A stretch of DNA of 64,000 nucleotides from Heteronotia binoei. Its lineage: Eukaryota. The stretch lies in the NCBI RefSeq assembly GCF_032191835.1, contig NC_083237.1, positions 19,902,001 to 19,966,000 of the forward strand. Direction: 5' to 3'. The notes beneath the pieces were generated by a model. The model worked only from the letters and a program-made list of their open reading frames with translations, ran no database searches and was not told where the DNA came from. Of the stretch, positions 1 to 12,444 are shown in pieces. Each line of letters opens with the position of its first letter. The stretch's first letter is position 1. Both the position numbers and the translations under genes were made by a program.

Positions 1-939
1 TGCAGCAACAGACTAACACGGCTAACTCCTCCGGATCTATAACTTTATTTTTAAATACATGATCTTCCAATTCCACCCCCCCACCACCTCCAAATTTCAC
101 AAGGTACTCCTCTGGCAAACTAGATCTACTGAGGATTGGACTCAGGAGTTTCTGAGTGTAAAGCCAATATGTTAACAACTTCTCACCCTCACCTATTACT
201 ACTACTAGGGTAGTTGTTTTTTTGGAAGGAGGGGTGCACTGTGGCTCAAGGGTAATGCAAAAGGTCCCAGGCTCATTTCCTGGCTTCTCTAGCAAAAAGA
301 ATCAGGTGATAGGTGATCTGAAAAGAATCTCCACCTGAGACTCTGGAGAGCTGCTGCCGGTTGAAGAGACAATGAATACCTTGATGGGCCACGGGTCTGA
401 TTCATTATATGGCAACTTTATGTATGAAGCAATTACATGACAGGACTCATGTTTCCAGCAATCCAGGCCACAAAGACAGGCTTCGAAATGCAAAGACAAT
501 GTCAGCAAAAGCACAAGGAACTGTGTGTTTGATCTCTAATAGTCAAAGGTTAAGCGTTTCATCCTTTGACTAGCTCTGTCCCTGTGATTTGCAAACACAT
601 TATTACAGAATGACAATATGGCATTGGGATTCAACAGATGCTGTGACATTCCCCACAGCAGGTGGAGCTGTCCTCAGTTCAAAAGGCCTTTGGAGCATGT
701 TATCCATATCCAACCAAAATTTGACTTTTGGAACGCACCAGCAACAGGCTTTTCACACTAGGAGTAGGGGGGAAATCCTACCACGAGCTTTTGGGTTTTC
801 GGTAACTCTGCCATTATTTTGCTATCATTGCTCTATTTCTGATTTAGGGAAACAAAAATGTGTTACGCTGGTGGCAACTAGCTAAAAAGGCCTGAATGAA
901 TGACACGTCACCCCACCCCACCGTCCCCGAAGTTTTCAC

Positions 940-1034
940 CTTTCATCAGCCTCTCTGCCAAGGCCAGCATTGCGCTGGAGGAGTCAATGTTCATGTATTC
1001 CGTTAGAGTCTTACCCCAGATGTTATGTGCTGCC
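940..1034 (-). CDS. METTL17: METTL17 exon 7 ([31 protein letters not shown]); later exons lie left of the window
   Basis: Matches human [31 protein letters not shown]; acceptor ttgtag, donor G|GTGAAA; 95 nt. No exon-8 match found in 1-939. Confidence 0.95.
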
Positions 1035-1201
1035 CTACAACGGAGGGAAGAAAGTATGAGTTGGGTTTCTATTAATAGAGCCAAACGTCAGAGCTGCTGG
1101 AGCTCAAAGCCTCCTCAGTTTAGGAGTCCAGCAAGTCCGCCCCGCCTCCCCTCCCTGATCTCTCAGGTAACCATGGAGAAAGAAACAGCACTTGTGCTTA
1201 C

Positions 1202-1275
1202 CAGCTGACAGTGCCAGTCCCGGAGCCAAAATCCAGCAGCGTGGAGGGCTGGAAGTTGGGAACTCGTTTCTCAAT
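1202..1275 (-). CDS. METTL17: METTL17 exon 6 (IEKRVPNFQPSTLLDFGSGTGTVSW), SAM-binding motif I
   Basis: DFGSGTG class I methyltransferase motif; acceptor ctgttag, donor TG|GTAAGC; 74 nt, phase 0 to 2. Confidence 0.96.
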
Positions 1276-2197
1276 CTAACAGGTGCAAAAGGAAAAACTG
1301 CTCTGTAAATATTGGCCTACCTTACAAGATGGTTGTTATGGTAGCTGAGAATGTGAAAAGGCTGGAAGTTTCAGACCGCCTCTTTTTGAGTTGTCACTGG
1401 ATTAAACCGTAGGGGATGGATTCAGACTAGATTTGGTAATTTCCACCAGTTACCCCTCCCCTACTGCAAATCCTCCCCCCTTATGTTGTGCCCCAGGGTC
1501 CCCTAATCCCCCGTCCGAACAACACTGCATGGAGATCAGTGGGCAGCACTGAGTCAGAAGAGGCAGCGGGTAGAGTTCTATTCTGCTGATGGGAAAAAAT
1601 CCCACCTGAATCGAACCCAACTTGAGGAATCAACTGCTCTCGAGCCTGCATAAAATCAGAATGGCCAATAAACGCTACCTATTTATTTTAACAACAACAG
1701 TCAATCGATACAATAAAGACATGTTATACTTTTATACAGCTTTTCTGCCAATAACAGCTCCTAAAGACATCAGGAGGATTCAGGAACTCATGGGGAAAAC
1801 AGCTGAAGCCCACGTTCCTTTTGGAGGGGACTCTTAGTGGCAGCAGCAGGGCTCAAGCATTAGGGAGGGGTGCCCAGCTGCTCCTTGCTCATCTTCTGAT
1901 GGCCCCATCAATTGTGGAAGGTGGAAGGAGGGGACAGCTGGGCGGAGCTGGATGTAGCCATTATAGAGGAGCATTACCTACTTTTACATTGAGGAAGCTG
2001 AGGCCCAGAGGTTAATGACTTCTGAGGCCAAAAATAGTCCATCCTCACAAGCCCCGAACCCCGAGACTAAATGCCACGCTAGCCCCCACTTCTGAACTCA
2101 CACTTTCCTGGATTTAAGAGCCCTGGGTACGTAAGACAACACAAATAATTGCAAAAAAAAAAAAAAAAGGCAGATCCATCCTACTATCACTTGAATT

Positions 2198-2471
2198 AAA
2201 GAAGACCGCAGATTTATACCCGCCCTTCTCTTTGAATCAGAGTCTCAGAGCGGCTTACAATCTGCTTTATCTTCTTCCCCCGCAACAAACACCCTGTGAG
2301 GTGGGTGGGGCTGAGAGGGCTCTCCCAGCAGCTGCCCTTTCAAGGACAACTCCTGTGATAGCTATGGCTGACCCAAGGCCATTCCAGCAGCTGCAAGTGG
2401 AGAAGTGGGGAATCAAACCCGGTTCTCCCAGATAAGAGTCCGCACACTTAACCACTACACCAAACTGGCTC
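2198..2471 (-). mobile_element. tRNA-derived Sauria-type SINE
   Basis: Head GAGCCAGTTTGGTGTAGTGGTTAAG with A/B boxes; same family as the copies below. Confidence 0.85.
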
Positions 2472-2533
2472 TCAAAACTCCCAAAAGGCTTCCTAATCCA
2501 TAGACACCTCTAAAAGCTGAAGAGGCAACTCAC

Positions 2534-2615
2534 CTCATGGAAAGCTCGGGACACGGCTGCATACATCCCATCCATCCGGGCTGCCATATACAAAAAGCTG
2601 AGCTCTTCAGTGTAA
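2534..2615 (-). CDS. METTL17: METTL17 exon 5 ([27 protein letters not shown])
   Basis: Matches human [27 protein letters not shown]; acceptor ccctag, donor GAG|GTGAGT; 82 nt, phase 2 to 0. Confidence 0.96.
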
Positions 2616-3344
2616 CTAGGGAGGAGAACAAAAAAGACACAGCCATTCAAGAAGGGGGCGCTTTCCCCTTACACTACCCTAATGTCAGGGACCAGAACAC
2701 ATGCAAAAGAGAGGACCAGCCAAGAAGCTGCCCTTGGAGGCTTGAGTCAGAGGTGCACCAGATGTGCACTCCAGCTGTTACTCTCCAATATTTGGGGGGT
2801 GGGGGTGGGGAGACCTACAATTATATCAGTAGATTATTTGGCAAACTAATTTGACCTTCTAGCCATGTCAGGTTTACATGTTTTCTAGTCTTCATGGTTG
2901 TTTAAAAAAAAAAAAATAACCAGGCAAAAGGGAAACCTCAAAAACCCAGTAATGGCTAAAGCAGCTGCGACTGCACCAATACAGCATCTACGTATGATTA
3001 CTCTAAATTCAATCTTGCACATTTTCTGTTAGAATAAAAACACCCTTTCCTTTATATGCGGGTATGGAGGACCACAATGAAAGGTGGGGACGTCAATACT
3101 TTAATAAATAAATTGAATAGGGTCAGGATATTTTTTGTAAAAAAGAGCTTCTTAAAGGCTACCTTCCACCTAATGTCCTGTAAAATGGTAGCGGGGATCT
3201 ACATGACAGTTTCAGGGCTTGCAGTATCGCAAGCACATTATCGCAACAGACTTGTGAAGCAGGTTAGTGTGATCCCTGTACTGCATAGCTGCGGCAGGGG
3301 GGGAAGAGGGAAAGTGGCTCACCTTGTGCCACATAACCAGTTCA

Positions 3345-3999
3345 GAGGAATCCAATGATTTGACTGTGCAAGCTATGAATTGTTTGTCTATGAAATAGGG
3401 CTCCATTTTACAGCCTGAAAACCTGGGAAGAGTTGAAACACCTCAGAATGGGTGTCTTTTGTGAATGCTGGAATGGGTGTCTTTTGTGAATGCTGAATAG
3501 ATATTATATGCTTCCTCCTCATATTCTTCATCCCATTATTGGAAAAGTGTGGAAGCCATGTTCCCTCTAAGCTGCAGTCTTGTGAGGAAAAAGTCTACTT
3601 GTGAGCTACCGGCATTACAGTTGTGAGCTACTGCATAGTGTGCTCTGGGGTCATCCTTCCTGAGCGAAGACAAAAATGTGTGAGCTGGAGGCTAACAATT
3701 TTTTGAGCTAGTTCACGCTAACTTATCTTAGAGGGAACACTGTGAAAGCACCGTGGATTCATATGAATGAAGTTTAATTTATTGGGGGTGGTTAAAAGGA
3801 AATTATAAGTCAAGGTTATCCACTGGCTGAGGATTGTACTGGTGGGAAATTTGTTTTTGTACCTGAAATTTGTTAATGAACTGTCTATGTATTGTATGAA
3901 CGCTGTACTAATTGATATAAGAATTTGAGAACAGGATTGAATACACGTTTAAACAAATTGGGAAATAATTATTCTACTTAGTGGTCTTTTCACTGCCTA
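3345..3999 (+). mobile_element. TSD-bounded insertion (L1-like 3' fragment with nested MITE) in METTL17 intron 4
   Basis: Exact 16-bp direct repeat CCACATAACCAGTTCA at 3329-3344 and 4000-4015; AT-rich 3' UTR-like content. Confidence 0.55.
3448..3496. repeat. 25-bp tandem duplication
   Basis: AATGGGTGTCTTTTGTGAATGCTG(G) twice. Confidence 0.9.
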
Positions 4000-4165
4000 C
4001 CACATAACCAGTTCATGGCAGAAGTGAGGGCTGAACCTGAGATGCCCCAAGATCCCAGCCATTTTCTTAGCCCCAATGTCACGACAGGAGCACATTCTGT
4101 TTGGACCAAATCTTCTCCAAGAATCAAGCCCAATGGGTTCTGGAAGGGCTGCCAAGGGTACTTAC

Positions 4166-4262
4166 TTCAGTGCCACCCAGTGGTAAGTTGTCTTACGGAC
4201 AGCAGTCAGGACTTCTCTCTCCAATTCTTTCTGTTTGCCTTGATCCAGTTCACTCGGTAGAT
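4166..4262 (-). CDS. METTL17: METTL17 exon 4 (DLPSELDQGKQKELEREVLTAVRKTTYHWVAL)
   Basis: RKTTYHW motif; acceptor ccgttag, donor AA|GTAAGT; 97 nt, phase 1 to 2. Missed by the ORF track. Confidence 0.93.
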
Positions 4263-4850
4263 CTAACGGACACAGAGAGACAAATATAAATGCCACTATA
4301 TTACATCAGTTATATTATAGTTATCCAACTATATTGCATCAGTGTTGGCGTGACAAGCGATTACAACAAGACGTACATGCCCCTCACCTCTGGCACCTCC
4401 CACTAAACTGAACCCACAGCCAAGGATCCACCAACTACAGATGATTTTGGCAACCATGTTATTATTTGGGGTCATCCAGCTTCCACTTCCTCTGGCTGGT
4501 GGGAAAGTGACACTGAGGCGCACGTGAGCTCACAATGTGGACCACACACCAGCACAAGGGAGTGCCTTCCTTTTCCACAGTCCACTCAAAGGGCAGGAAC
4601 CTTCCCTCCCCTTGCCCTGGACTACAAGCTCTACCTCACCATTTCTGAGTCTATTAAACATTACTAAGACTCTCCCAGTCTGATGAAAGCTAAGAGAATA
4701 ACCCTGTCCTTCCAGGATGCTCACTTCTGTTTATTCCACAAATCCAAAAGGCCACAACTTAGCAGACCCTGCTGAGTGATCTGAGGACGTTCCTGTAAAC
4801 TCTTCATTCAAATCACTACCACGCCCCATCAGCTCTAAACCCACGCTCAC

Positions 4851-4997
4851 CTTCTGGAGGGGCTACCTCCCCTCGCAGCTTCTGCTCAAAATATCTGGCC
4901 TTCTTGAGCAACTCAGTTTCCTCAGTGGGACGCTTGCGGCTCCACAGGTAATTGGTGAGGGCCTTGGCCTGTTCCTCCACATTGCGCATGGAGGATC
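4851..4997 (-). CDS. METTL17: METTL17 exon 3 (GSSMRNVEEQAKALTNYLWSRKRPTEETELLKKARYFEQKLRGEVAPPE)
   Basis: Matches human TLTSYLWSRHLPVE; acceptor ttcttgcag, donor G|GTGAGC; 147 nt, phase 1 to 1. Confidence 0.9.
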
Positions 4998-5453
4998 CTG
5001 CAAGAAGAAAAACACGAGGAGAAGGATGCACCATGGCAACCCTCTTCAGTGGTCCAAAGCACTTCCCATTATAAAGTACCATGTCAATGGTCAAGTGAAC
5101 AAGGACAGTTCTCTGCCCCAAGGAGCTAACAATTGTTGCATGGCTTCAGTTAACATAAGAGCCACCCTTTGAATCAGACTAGCAGCCGATCTAGTCCAGC
5201 ATCCTGTCTCTCATAGTGCCCTGCAAGGCTAACGAACAGGGCACAGAATTAAAGACAGTCCATCTGTAACAACAGTTCTGCCCTGCACATTGTTTCTGGG
5301 GAAGACAGAATGTTTCCTGCAGACTTAGAAATAGGGATAACAGCCAGCATCCCAGAGAACTTCAGGGGCAGGTCCAAAGAAAGAAATGACATTCTGTGAC
5401 ACCACATCTGGCCAACAACTCAGACAAGCCCTAAGCAAATCAGGCAACATTCT

Positions 5454-5718
5454 GAGCCAGTTTGGTGTAGTGGTTAAGGTGTGCGGACTCTTATCTGGGA
5501 GAACCGGGTTTGATTCCTCACTCCTCCACCTACAGCTGCTGGAATGGCTTTGGGTTAGCCATAGCTCTCGCAGAGCTGTCCTTGAAAGGGCAGCTTCCGG
5601 GAAAGCTCTCTCAGCCCCATCTACCTCACAGGGTGTTTGTTGTGGGGAGGAAGATAAAGGAGATTGTGAGCTGCTCTGAGACTCTGATTCAGGGCGGAAT
5701 ATAAATCCAATGTCGTCT
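5454..5718 (+). mobile_element. tRNA-derived Sauria-type SINE
   Basis: Full head, body and tail. Confidence 0.85.
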
Positions 5719-5978
5719 TCACAACTTTAATGCCAGTAGCTCACAAAGCAGAATTTTTGCTCAAAAGACTCTACAGCTTAGAGGGAAGCTTCCCAGTACT
5801 TCTGAGCAAAAACCCCCCAAACACATGCCTTGCTCAAAGCCACTCAGAGGCCCAGCTTAAAAGGATACAGACCCTTATTTCTGAATGCCACCAAAACCTT
5901 CAGTTGAGTTCACTTAACAATTCTGCCTCCTAAAAGACTGCAGAAAGGCCCTCATCCCCTGCTCTGGATTTTACTCAC

Positions 5979-6132
5979 CAGCCATCAGAAGCTTAGTGGC
6001 CTCTATTAATTCGGGTGGAAGGCAAACTGGTCTGAGGTGGACAACCCCAGGGTGCTTGCGGTGATGAACATTGCCTAAGAAATCTGAGGAATTATCCACT
6101 TGGGTGACCTTGGGAACGACACCTGCCATGCC
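5979..6132 (-). CDS. METTL17: METTL17 exon 2 (GMAGVVPKVTQVDNSSDFLGNVHHRKHPGVVHLRPVCLPPELIEATKLLMA)
   Basis: Matches recalled human [24 protein letters not shown]; acceptor cctcag, donor G|GTGAGT; 154 nt, phase 0 to 1. Confidence 0.93.
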
Positions 6133-6719
6133 CTGAGGAGGAAAGAGATGTGAAATCAGAGGCACAATGGCGAAGAAGCAAACTGAGGGGGGAAATTATC
6201 CTAAGGCTGGAATTGCTGAACTTGCCCAGCTCTTTATTTCCCACAGTGACCATCCATAAGACTCTAAAGAACTTGAACACCAAACTGCTGTTCTTTAAAT
6301 GGGGGGAAAGTTACATTATAATGCTTATATGTATCTTTTAGAACAGGGGTGGCCAAACTGCAGTTCAGGAGCTACATGAGGCTCTTTCACACATGGGTAT
6401 GGCTCTCGAAGCCCCCACCACCTCATTGGCCAGCTTGGGAAGGCATTTATCTCTAAATCAAACTGGTGGCTTGAAGAATGCATTTGAAGTTGTTTTCTTT
6501 CCAACCTCTCCCTCCCCCCATTTCCTTCCTCCCTCCCTCATCTTGTGGCTCTCAAACACCTGATGTTCATGTCTCGCAGCTCTACGTGGCTCTTATATTT
6601 AGCAAGTTTGGCCACCCCTGTTTTAGAATGTTCTTCCTTTTCTCTTTGTCAACTTTTTTAGGCACAGTAGCAGGTAGATAATCAGGTTGGTTTGTGCTGG
6701 AAGAGTCAGATTTATGCCC

Positions 6720-6840
6720 ACTGGTGCCTTAGAAATCAACAAGATTTGGGAGGATAAGCTCCTGCTATCTGACGAAGGACACTCCGACTCCTGAATGCCT
6801 ATACCCTGGAAATCCTGTTGATCTTTAAGAGGTCAGTGGA
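6720..6840. mobile_element. Second, degraded Penelope-like remnant (inverted arrangement)
   Basis: CTGACGA core at 6769-6775 with GAAA mutated to GAAT; flanking inverted GGTGCCTT..CAACAAGATTT / AAATCCTGTTGATCTTTAAG. Confidence 0.5.
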
Positions 6841-6949
6841 CTTTAACCTTGCTGTTAGGTATACCAAGTGAAGGTATAATGACAGGCAGGGCTTTTTTGT
6901 AGCAGGAACTCATTTGCATATTAGGCCACCCCCACCCCCAAAAAGGGAA

Positions 6950-8400
6950 GTCCAACTTCACCAACCTTTTGGAGTACTTTGAGAAAGCAAATAAGCACAC
7001 AGAAAGCGGTGACTTTATATACCTGGACTTTCGAAAGGTTTTTGACAAGGCACCCCACTAAAAACTCTTTAGTATATTTGGCAGTCATGGAATAAGAATT
7101 AAGGTTCTCTTATGGATTAATAATAATAATAATTTTTAATTTATATCCCGCCCTCCCCGCCGAAGCAGGCTCAGGGCGGCTTACATGGCATAAAATGCAG
7201 ACATTACAATAATACAATAATAAAATACACTAATTACATAACAATTATATTTCACAATTAAAATATACTATTACATTAAAATATACTATTACAGGAAGCA
7301 AAGAATAGGAATAAATGGACAGTTCTCACAATGGAGAGAAGCAAGCAGCAAGGATCAATATTAGGGCCGGCACTATTTAATTTATTCATCAATGAACTGG
7401 AACTACAGGTGACCAAGTTTGCAGATGACACAACATTATTCAGAATGGTGAAAAACCAAGGCTGATTGTGAAGAGCTCCAAGAGGGCCTCCACAAACTGG
7501 ATAAGTGAACGACAATGTGGCACATGAAGTTCAATGCTGGTAAGTATAAGCTGATGCTATGGAGGGGGGAGGAAAATCCCAACTTCAAGTATAGGCTACT
7601 GGGGTTAGAACTTGCATAGACTGAGAAGGAAAAAGATCCTGGGGTCGCAGTGAATAACTCAATGAAAGTGTCAACCCAGTTGTGCTGCAGCAATTCAAAA
7701 GGCACACTCTATGTTAGGGACTATTAGAAAAGGGATTAAAAATAAAACTGCCAATGTTGTAATGTCCCCGTATAAATCTATGGTGCAACCTCATATTGAA
7801 TACTGTGTACAGTTCTGGTCACCATATATCTTAAAGGACATCAGAGCTGGCAAAAGTACAGAGGAAGGCAAAGAAAATTATATCGAAGGTTGGAACACCT
7901 TCCCTATGAGGAAAGGCTGAAAGAGATGACTAAGAATGGGCATGTAGAGATTTATCAAATTATGTAATGGGTGGAGAAGTTGATAAAGAGAACATTTCCT
8001 ACTTCTCCCAAAATACTAGAACTGAAAGCATTCCAATGAAGCTGATTGGCACTAGGTGCAGGATGGACAAAAGGTAATACTACTTTGCCCAGAGACTGAT
8101 TAAAATGTAGAAAACGCTGCCAGAGGATGTAGTACTTGGCCACAGGAAAGGGAATTAGAAAGCTCTCAAAGGGAATTAGACAGATTCATAGAGAATAATG
8201 CTCTCAGTGGCTACTAGCCACAGTGACTGAGAGGGAAACCTCCACATTCAGAGGCACTGATCTTTTGAATCCCAGAGCCAAAAGGCAACGTCAGGGGAAA
8301 GTCTTCCAGAGGAACTGGGTGGCCACTGTGTGAGACAGGATGCTGGACTAAAGGGACCACTGGTCTGAATCCAGCAGGGCTCTTCTTATGTTTTTATGGT
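6950..8400 (+). mobile_element. Degraded 5'-truncated CR1 LINE in METTL17 intron 1
   Basis: YLDFRKVFDKAPH, GSILGPALFNLFINE and KFADDT motifs with stops and frameshifts; CR1-type TTCTTATG tail; AT-rich insert at about 7110-7290. Confidence 0.85.
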
Positions 8401-8915
8401 ATGTAACAAAAGCAAAGCAGACCGAGTATCTTTCCCTGTTGTCTGTAAAACAAGAAGTATCCGCAAAAGTAGTTCTCCCTTTCCACCAACACGGCAAGTT
8501 GCTGGTGCTCCTCCTCTATGCATTTGCTCTATCCGTTTTAATGTAACGGTTGCTTTTTGCAAAATCAGGGTGATTGTAAATAAATCAGGGTGCAAGTATT
8601 TTAAGATAAATTAGCACAAACCTACGGTGACTCAGTGCCTCCTTCTGCATCAGAGTCTCCCCAGACAAGCACTTATCTCCTTATGGATACATATAAAAGC
8701 GTAGCACTAAGCAGTTCTGCATGTAAACTTCTCTGTTCAGCCCCAACCGGCCCTCCATTATCTCGTGTCGGTCTCAGTTAACTACTTTAAGGCACGCACA
8801 GAAGCCGAGTCAGTTAACACGCTTTACTTAACGCGGAATAAGCCTAAAAGAATTAGAATACGCAAATCCACTCCATAATTGACAAGTCAGAGAAAGGCGG
8901 GAAATCCAAGCTTAC

Positions 8916-8981
8916 CCTCAGCGAAACGTCAGGAAGAGGGGCCATTCTCCAAGCTCTCCGCAAATGCCTCACGGCCGCCAT
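8916..8981 (-). CDS. METTL17: METTL17 coding exon 1 (MAAVRHLRRAWRMAPLPDVSLR), mitochondrial targeting-like N-terminus
   Basis: aaaATGGcg start in a CpG-rich promoter; donor AGG|GTAAGC; 66 nt, phase 0, joins exon 2 in frame. Confidence 0.85.
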
Positions 8982-9500
8982 TTTCGAAAGGAACTTTACT
9001 GAGCCTGCGCAGGAAAGAGGACCCACGTGAGCTTCCGCTCAGAGCCTCGCGCCCGCCATCTTGAGGAGGAATTTCATTCCGACTACCCAAGGCGGAGACT
9101 CTCGCTTGCCTTCAGAGTGGGCCAATCGCCGTGGCAATGTCCTCATCGCGCACCAATCGTAAGCAGATATGCAAAATAAGGCAGTGAAAGTGGGAGGAGG
9201 AGAACCGAACGACATCATTTCATCAGACTGCAAAGGCGATAGAGGTTAATAGAGGGGAAAAGAGAGCGAGAGAGCAGTTAGTGAGTGGCGAGCGCTGATT
9301 GGTTTTCAAGCTTGTCCTATTAACAGACACAGATGGAGGTTTATTTGAATATTGCTTACTGATTGGATCGTTTTTACCGTTTAGAGCGGTGCCCCCCCCC
9401 GATGTCCTGCTTATAAGCATGTTTCCTCGCTAAATGGGAGGGGCAAAAGAAAGCTCCGCCCACTCGAGTTGTTGAAAATCATCGCTCCGCTTTGTACTCC
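8930..9500 (-). promoter_or_regulatory. METTL17 CpG promoter with two YY1-type motifs, E-box, ETS core and several CCAAT boxes
   Basis: CpG-rich; CGCCATTTT (8977-8985) and CGCCATCTT (9054-9062), CACGTG (about 9024), CGGAAG (9032-9037, minus strand), CCAAT/ATTGG near 9123, 9154, 9298 and 9362. Confidence 0.75.
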
Positions 9501-9522
9501 CTCCCTTCTCTAACAAATTTTT

Positions 9523-9525
<3 letters not shown>

Positions 9526-9590
<65 letters not shown>
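9526..9590. repeat. (TA)n microsatellite upstream of the METTL17 promoter
   Basis: About 32 perfect TA units. Confidence 0.98.
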
Positions 9591-9593
<3 letters not shown>

Positions 9594-10286
9594 GGGGGCT
9601 CTCTGACGCATCAATGGGGTGATTCCCCCTTCCCCCACATTTAGCTTGCTAAAGTAGTGAAGAATTTGAAAGTGCACAATTATGTCTTAGTGAGGTTGGC
9701 TATAGTTTTTGTGTCTTGTTATAGAGCAGGGGTGGCCAAACTTGCTTCACGGAAGAGCCACATAGAATACACATCAGATGTTTGAGAGCCGCAAGGCATG
9801 ATGTTTGAGAGGCAAGGGAAAGAAGGAAAATAGGTGGGGAGGGAGGGAGAGGTGGAAAGAAAGTAACTTTAATGCATTCTGAATGCTGCCAGCTGGCTTG
9901 GATTGGAGAAGTGATTTAAAGAAATAAATGCCTTCTCCAGGCTGCATGAAGGGGCAGTGGGGGTTTCAAGAGCCACACCATATGCCCCCCCCCCCCGGTT
10001 ATAGAGTAACAAATTAGTCAACAGCTAGGCTTGCCAGCCTCTAGGTGGTAGCTGGAGATCTGGAGTTAATTTAAAACCAATTCTCCCTCTAAAGCTCTGG
10101 GAAAGAATTGCCGTCATTTTGACCCAGGCTTATTAGCAATAGGATAATTAACAGACATTCTCACATTCAGATCAAAGGTTTTCTGAATTTGTTAATTTTA
10201 CTATTCTGCTATTGTGTTTTTTTTTTACTTTGTACCACTTTGCATTTTACACCCCACCTTCTATATGTAGCTCTGCTCACTGTACC

Positions 10287-10385
10287 TTATTCCTCGTCTG
10301 AAGAAGTGTGCATGCACACGAAAGCTTACATTCTGAATTAAAGTTCGTTGGTTTTAAAGGTGCTTCTTGACTCCTGCTTTGTTCC
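10287..10385 (+). mobile_element. Penelope-like pLTR remnant carrying a minimal hammerhead ribozyme motif
   Basis: CTGAAGA, stem GTGTGC-AT-GCACAC, GAAA, palindromic AGCT, then GTTGGTTTTAAAGGTGC tail. Confidence 0.7.
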
Positions 10386-10539
10386 CTCTAAACTGTGAGC
10401 AAAAATTCTACCTCAGGAGCTACCAGCAGGCCTGTAGCCAGAAAATGTTGGGTGCAGGGGTCTGGGAGCTGAAAAAATTGGGGTGGGGGGTGAGGCTTGG
10501 CTGCTTCTTCCCTCCAGCGGCCAGCCTCCCTGGCCCCAG

Positions 10540-10780
10540 CTCTCTCTTGCACTATCTCTCTGGCTGTTGCTCTCTCACTCTCCCACTCTGTCTCTCTGCC
10601 GCTCTCTCACTGTCCCCCTCTCTTGTGCTGCTGTTCTTTCTCTCGCTCTACCACTGTCTCACTGTCTCCCTCTCTCTCTCTCACGCTGCCGTTCTCTCTC
10701 TTTATCTGCCAATCTCCCCCTCACTGCCCCTTCTCTCTGCCGCTCTCCCTCTATCTCCTGCTGTCTCCCTCGCTGGTCCT
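10540..10780. repeat. Degenerate CT-rich tandem repeat
   Basis: Repeated GCTCTCTCACTGTCCCCCTCTC-like units. Confidence 0.7.
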
Positions 10781-11627
10781 GGAGGCCCTCCAACGGGGGG
10801 ACCCTGCATAGGGAAGAGGTTTTTTAATAGAGCGCCTGCCCCCCAATAGCTACGGGCCTGGCTACCGGTATTAAAGTTGTGAGCAAGTGATTTGGCTACT
10901 GCATAAATTAGTTTGCTCTGGGGCCACCCTTCCCGAGCTGAGACAAAAATGTATGAGCTGGAAGCTAAAAACCCCCTGTAACTTAGTTCACACGAATACA
11001 GCTTAGAGCAGAGGTGTCGAACACATTTGTTACGAGAGCCGTATATGAAATAAATTATTAGTCCTTGTGTGGACGGCCAGGTGTGTCATAAATGTAATGC
11101 CAGGTAGTGGATATGTAAACTTTACAAAGGACACAAACACAATTTATTTTAAAAACAAACAAACAAACTTAAAACATGCTTAAAAGATTACCATTCTTGC
11201 AATATTTTGTTTATTCAACAATATCTGTTAACTCTTGTTCTGAATTATTACATCAAAATCTGGAGATAATGTCTGTGCTGCAGCAATTATGAGTAGACTG
11301 TTCAGGTGTTGTTCAGATGTGTATCTGTAAGTTGCAAATCTACTTTTGATTTATTGACATCCATTACAGAAATCTCATGGTCAATGCTTTGAGCCTAAAA
11401 CCCAGGGGAAAGCATGAAATGGTTGGGCATTGCAAGCTTTTGCACATAAGTTGCTTTGTGTGCTGGTCAGCCAATGGAGAAAATAGATAGTAAAGATATC
11501 ACACCCAAACACTCTTGGTTCAATCATACATACAATTACATTATGATCTTTTTTTTTTTACAGTGGATTACCAATAGGCACACTGATAACATAGGAAAGG
11601 AGAAAGAGAAAGAAATAGAAGCATGGA

Positions 11628-11850
11628 GCTGGTGTGTGGTGTACTGGTCAGAGTGTCAGACTAGGAACTGAGAAGACTCAGGTTCAAATCTCCACTTTGC
11701 CATGAAGCTCCATAGGTGACATTGGTCACTGTCTTTCAGCCACGCCTACCTCACAGGGTTGTTGTGAGGATAAAATTAAGAAGGAATAGCCATGAACACC
11801 TCTCTGAGCTCCTTGGAGGATGTGCAGGAGGATAAAAATATATATGAGAT
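11628..11850 (+). mobile_element. Old CORE/MIR-like tRNA SINE
   Basis: Degenerate A/B boxes plus CCTACCTCACAGGGTTGTTGTGAGGATAAAAT core-like segment. Confidence 0.6.
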
Positions 11851-12444
11851 AAACAGCAAGTTGGGGCGAGAGTGTGTGCGCATTGCTCAGCACATGAGTC
11901 TTTAAAAAATCAAAAGTGGCAAATTCAAAATGCATCAGATCGATAATCTTGAACACCAAAATTCAGAGGAAAATCCAAACGTGGATTTGGAAAGCCCTGA
12001 CTAATTTGAGGAACAATGAATTAGGAATATGGTTGCCAACTCTGGGTTGGGACATTCCTGGAGTTTCGGAGGCACAGCCTTGGGAAGGTGGGGGTTGGGA
12101 AGGGGAGGGGCCTCAGTGAGGTCAAATGCCATAGAATCCATTCTCCAAAGCAGCCATTCCCCCCCACCCCCCCGGAGAACTAATCTCTGTTGTCTGGAGA
12201 TGTAACTCTGGGAGATCTCCAGACCCCACCCAGAGGTTGGCAACCCAGGAGTTGAAGGGTTTAGCCCAGATATATTGGGGGAAGGGTCTAGGGTGAAGCC
12301 GTACCAACAAATTGGGATCCCAGAGAGCGCTGCCTCCAACATTCATGCGATGTAACAGAGAAACCCTCTTCTGAGTAGCCTGTCTGCCCAAAGATACCTT
12401 TATTTCAAGGGGACGGGCACGTCCATTCTGAGGCCACGCAGTGT

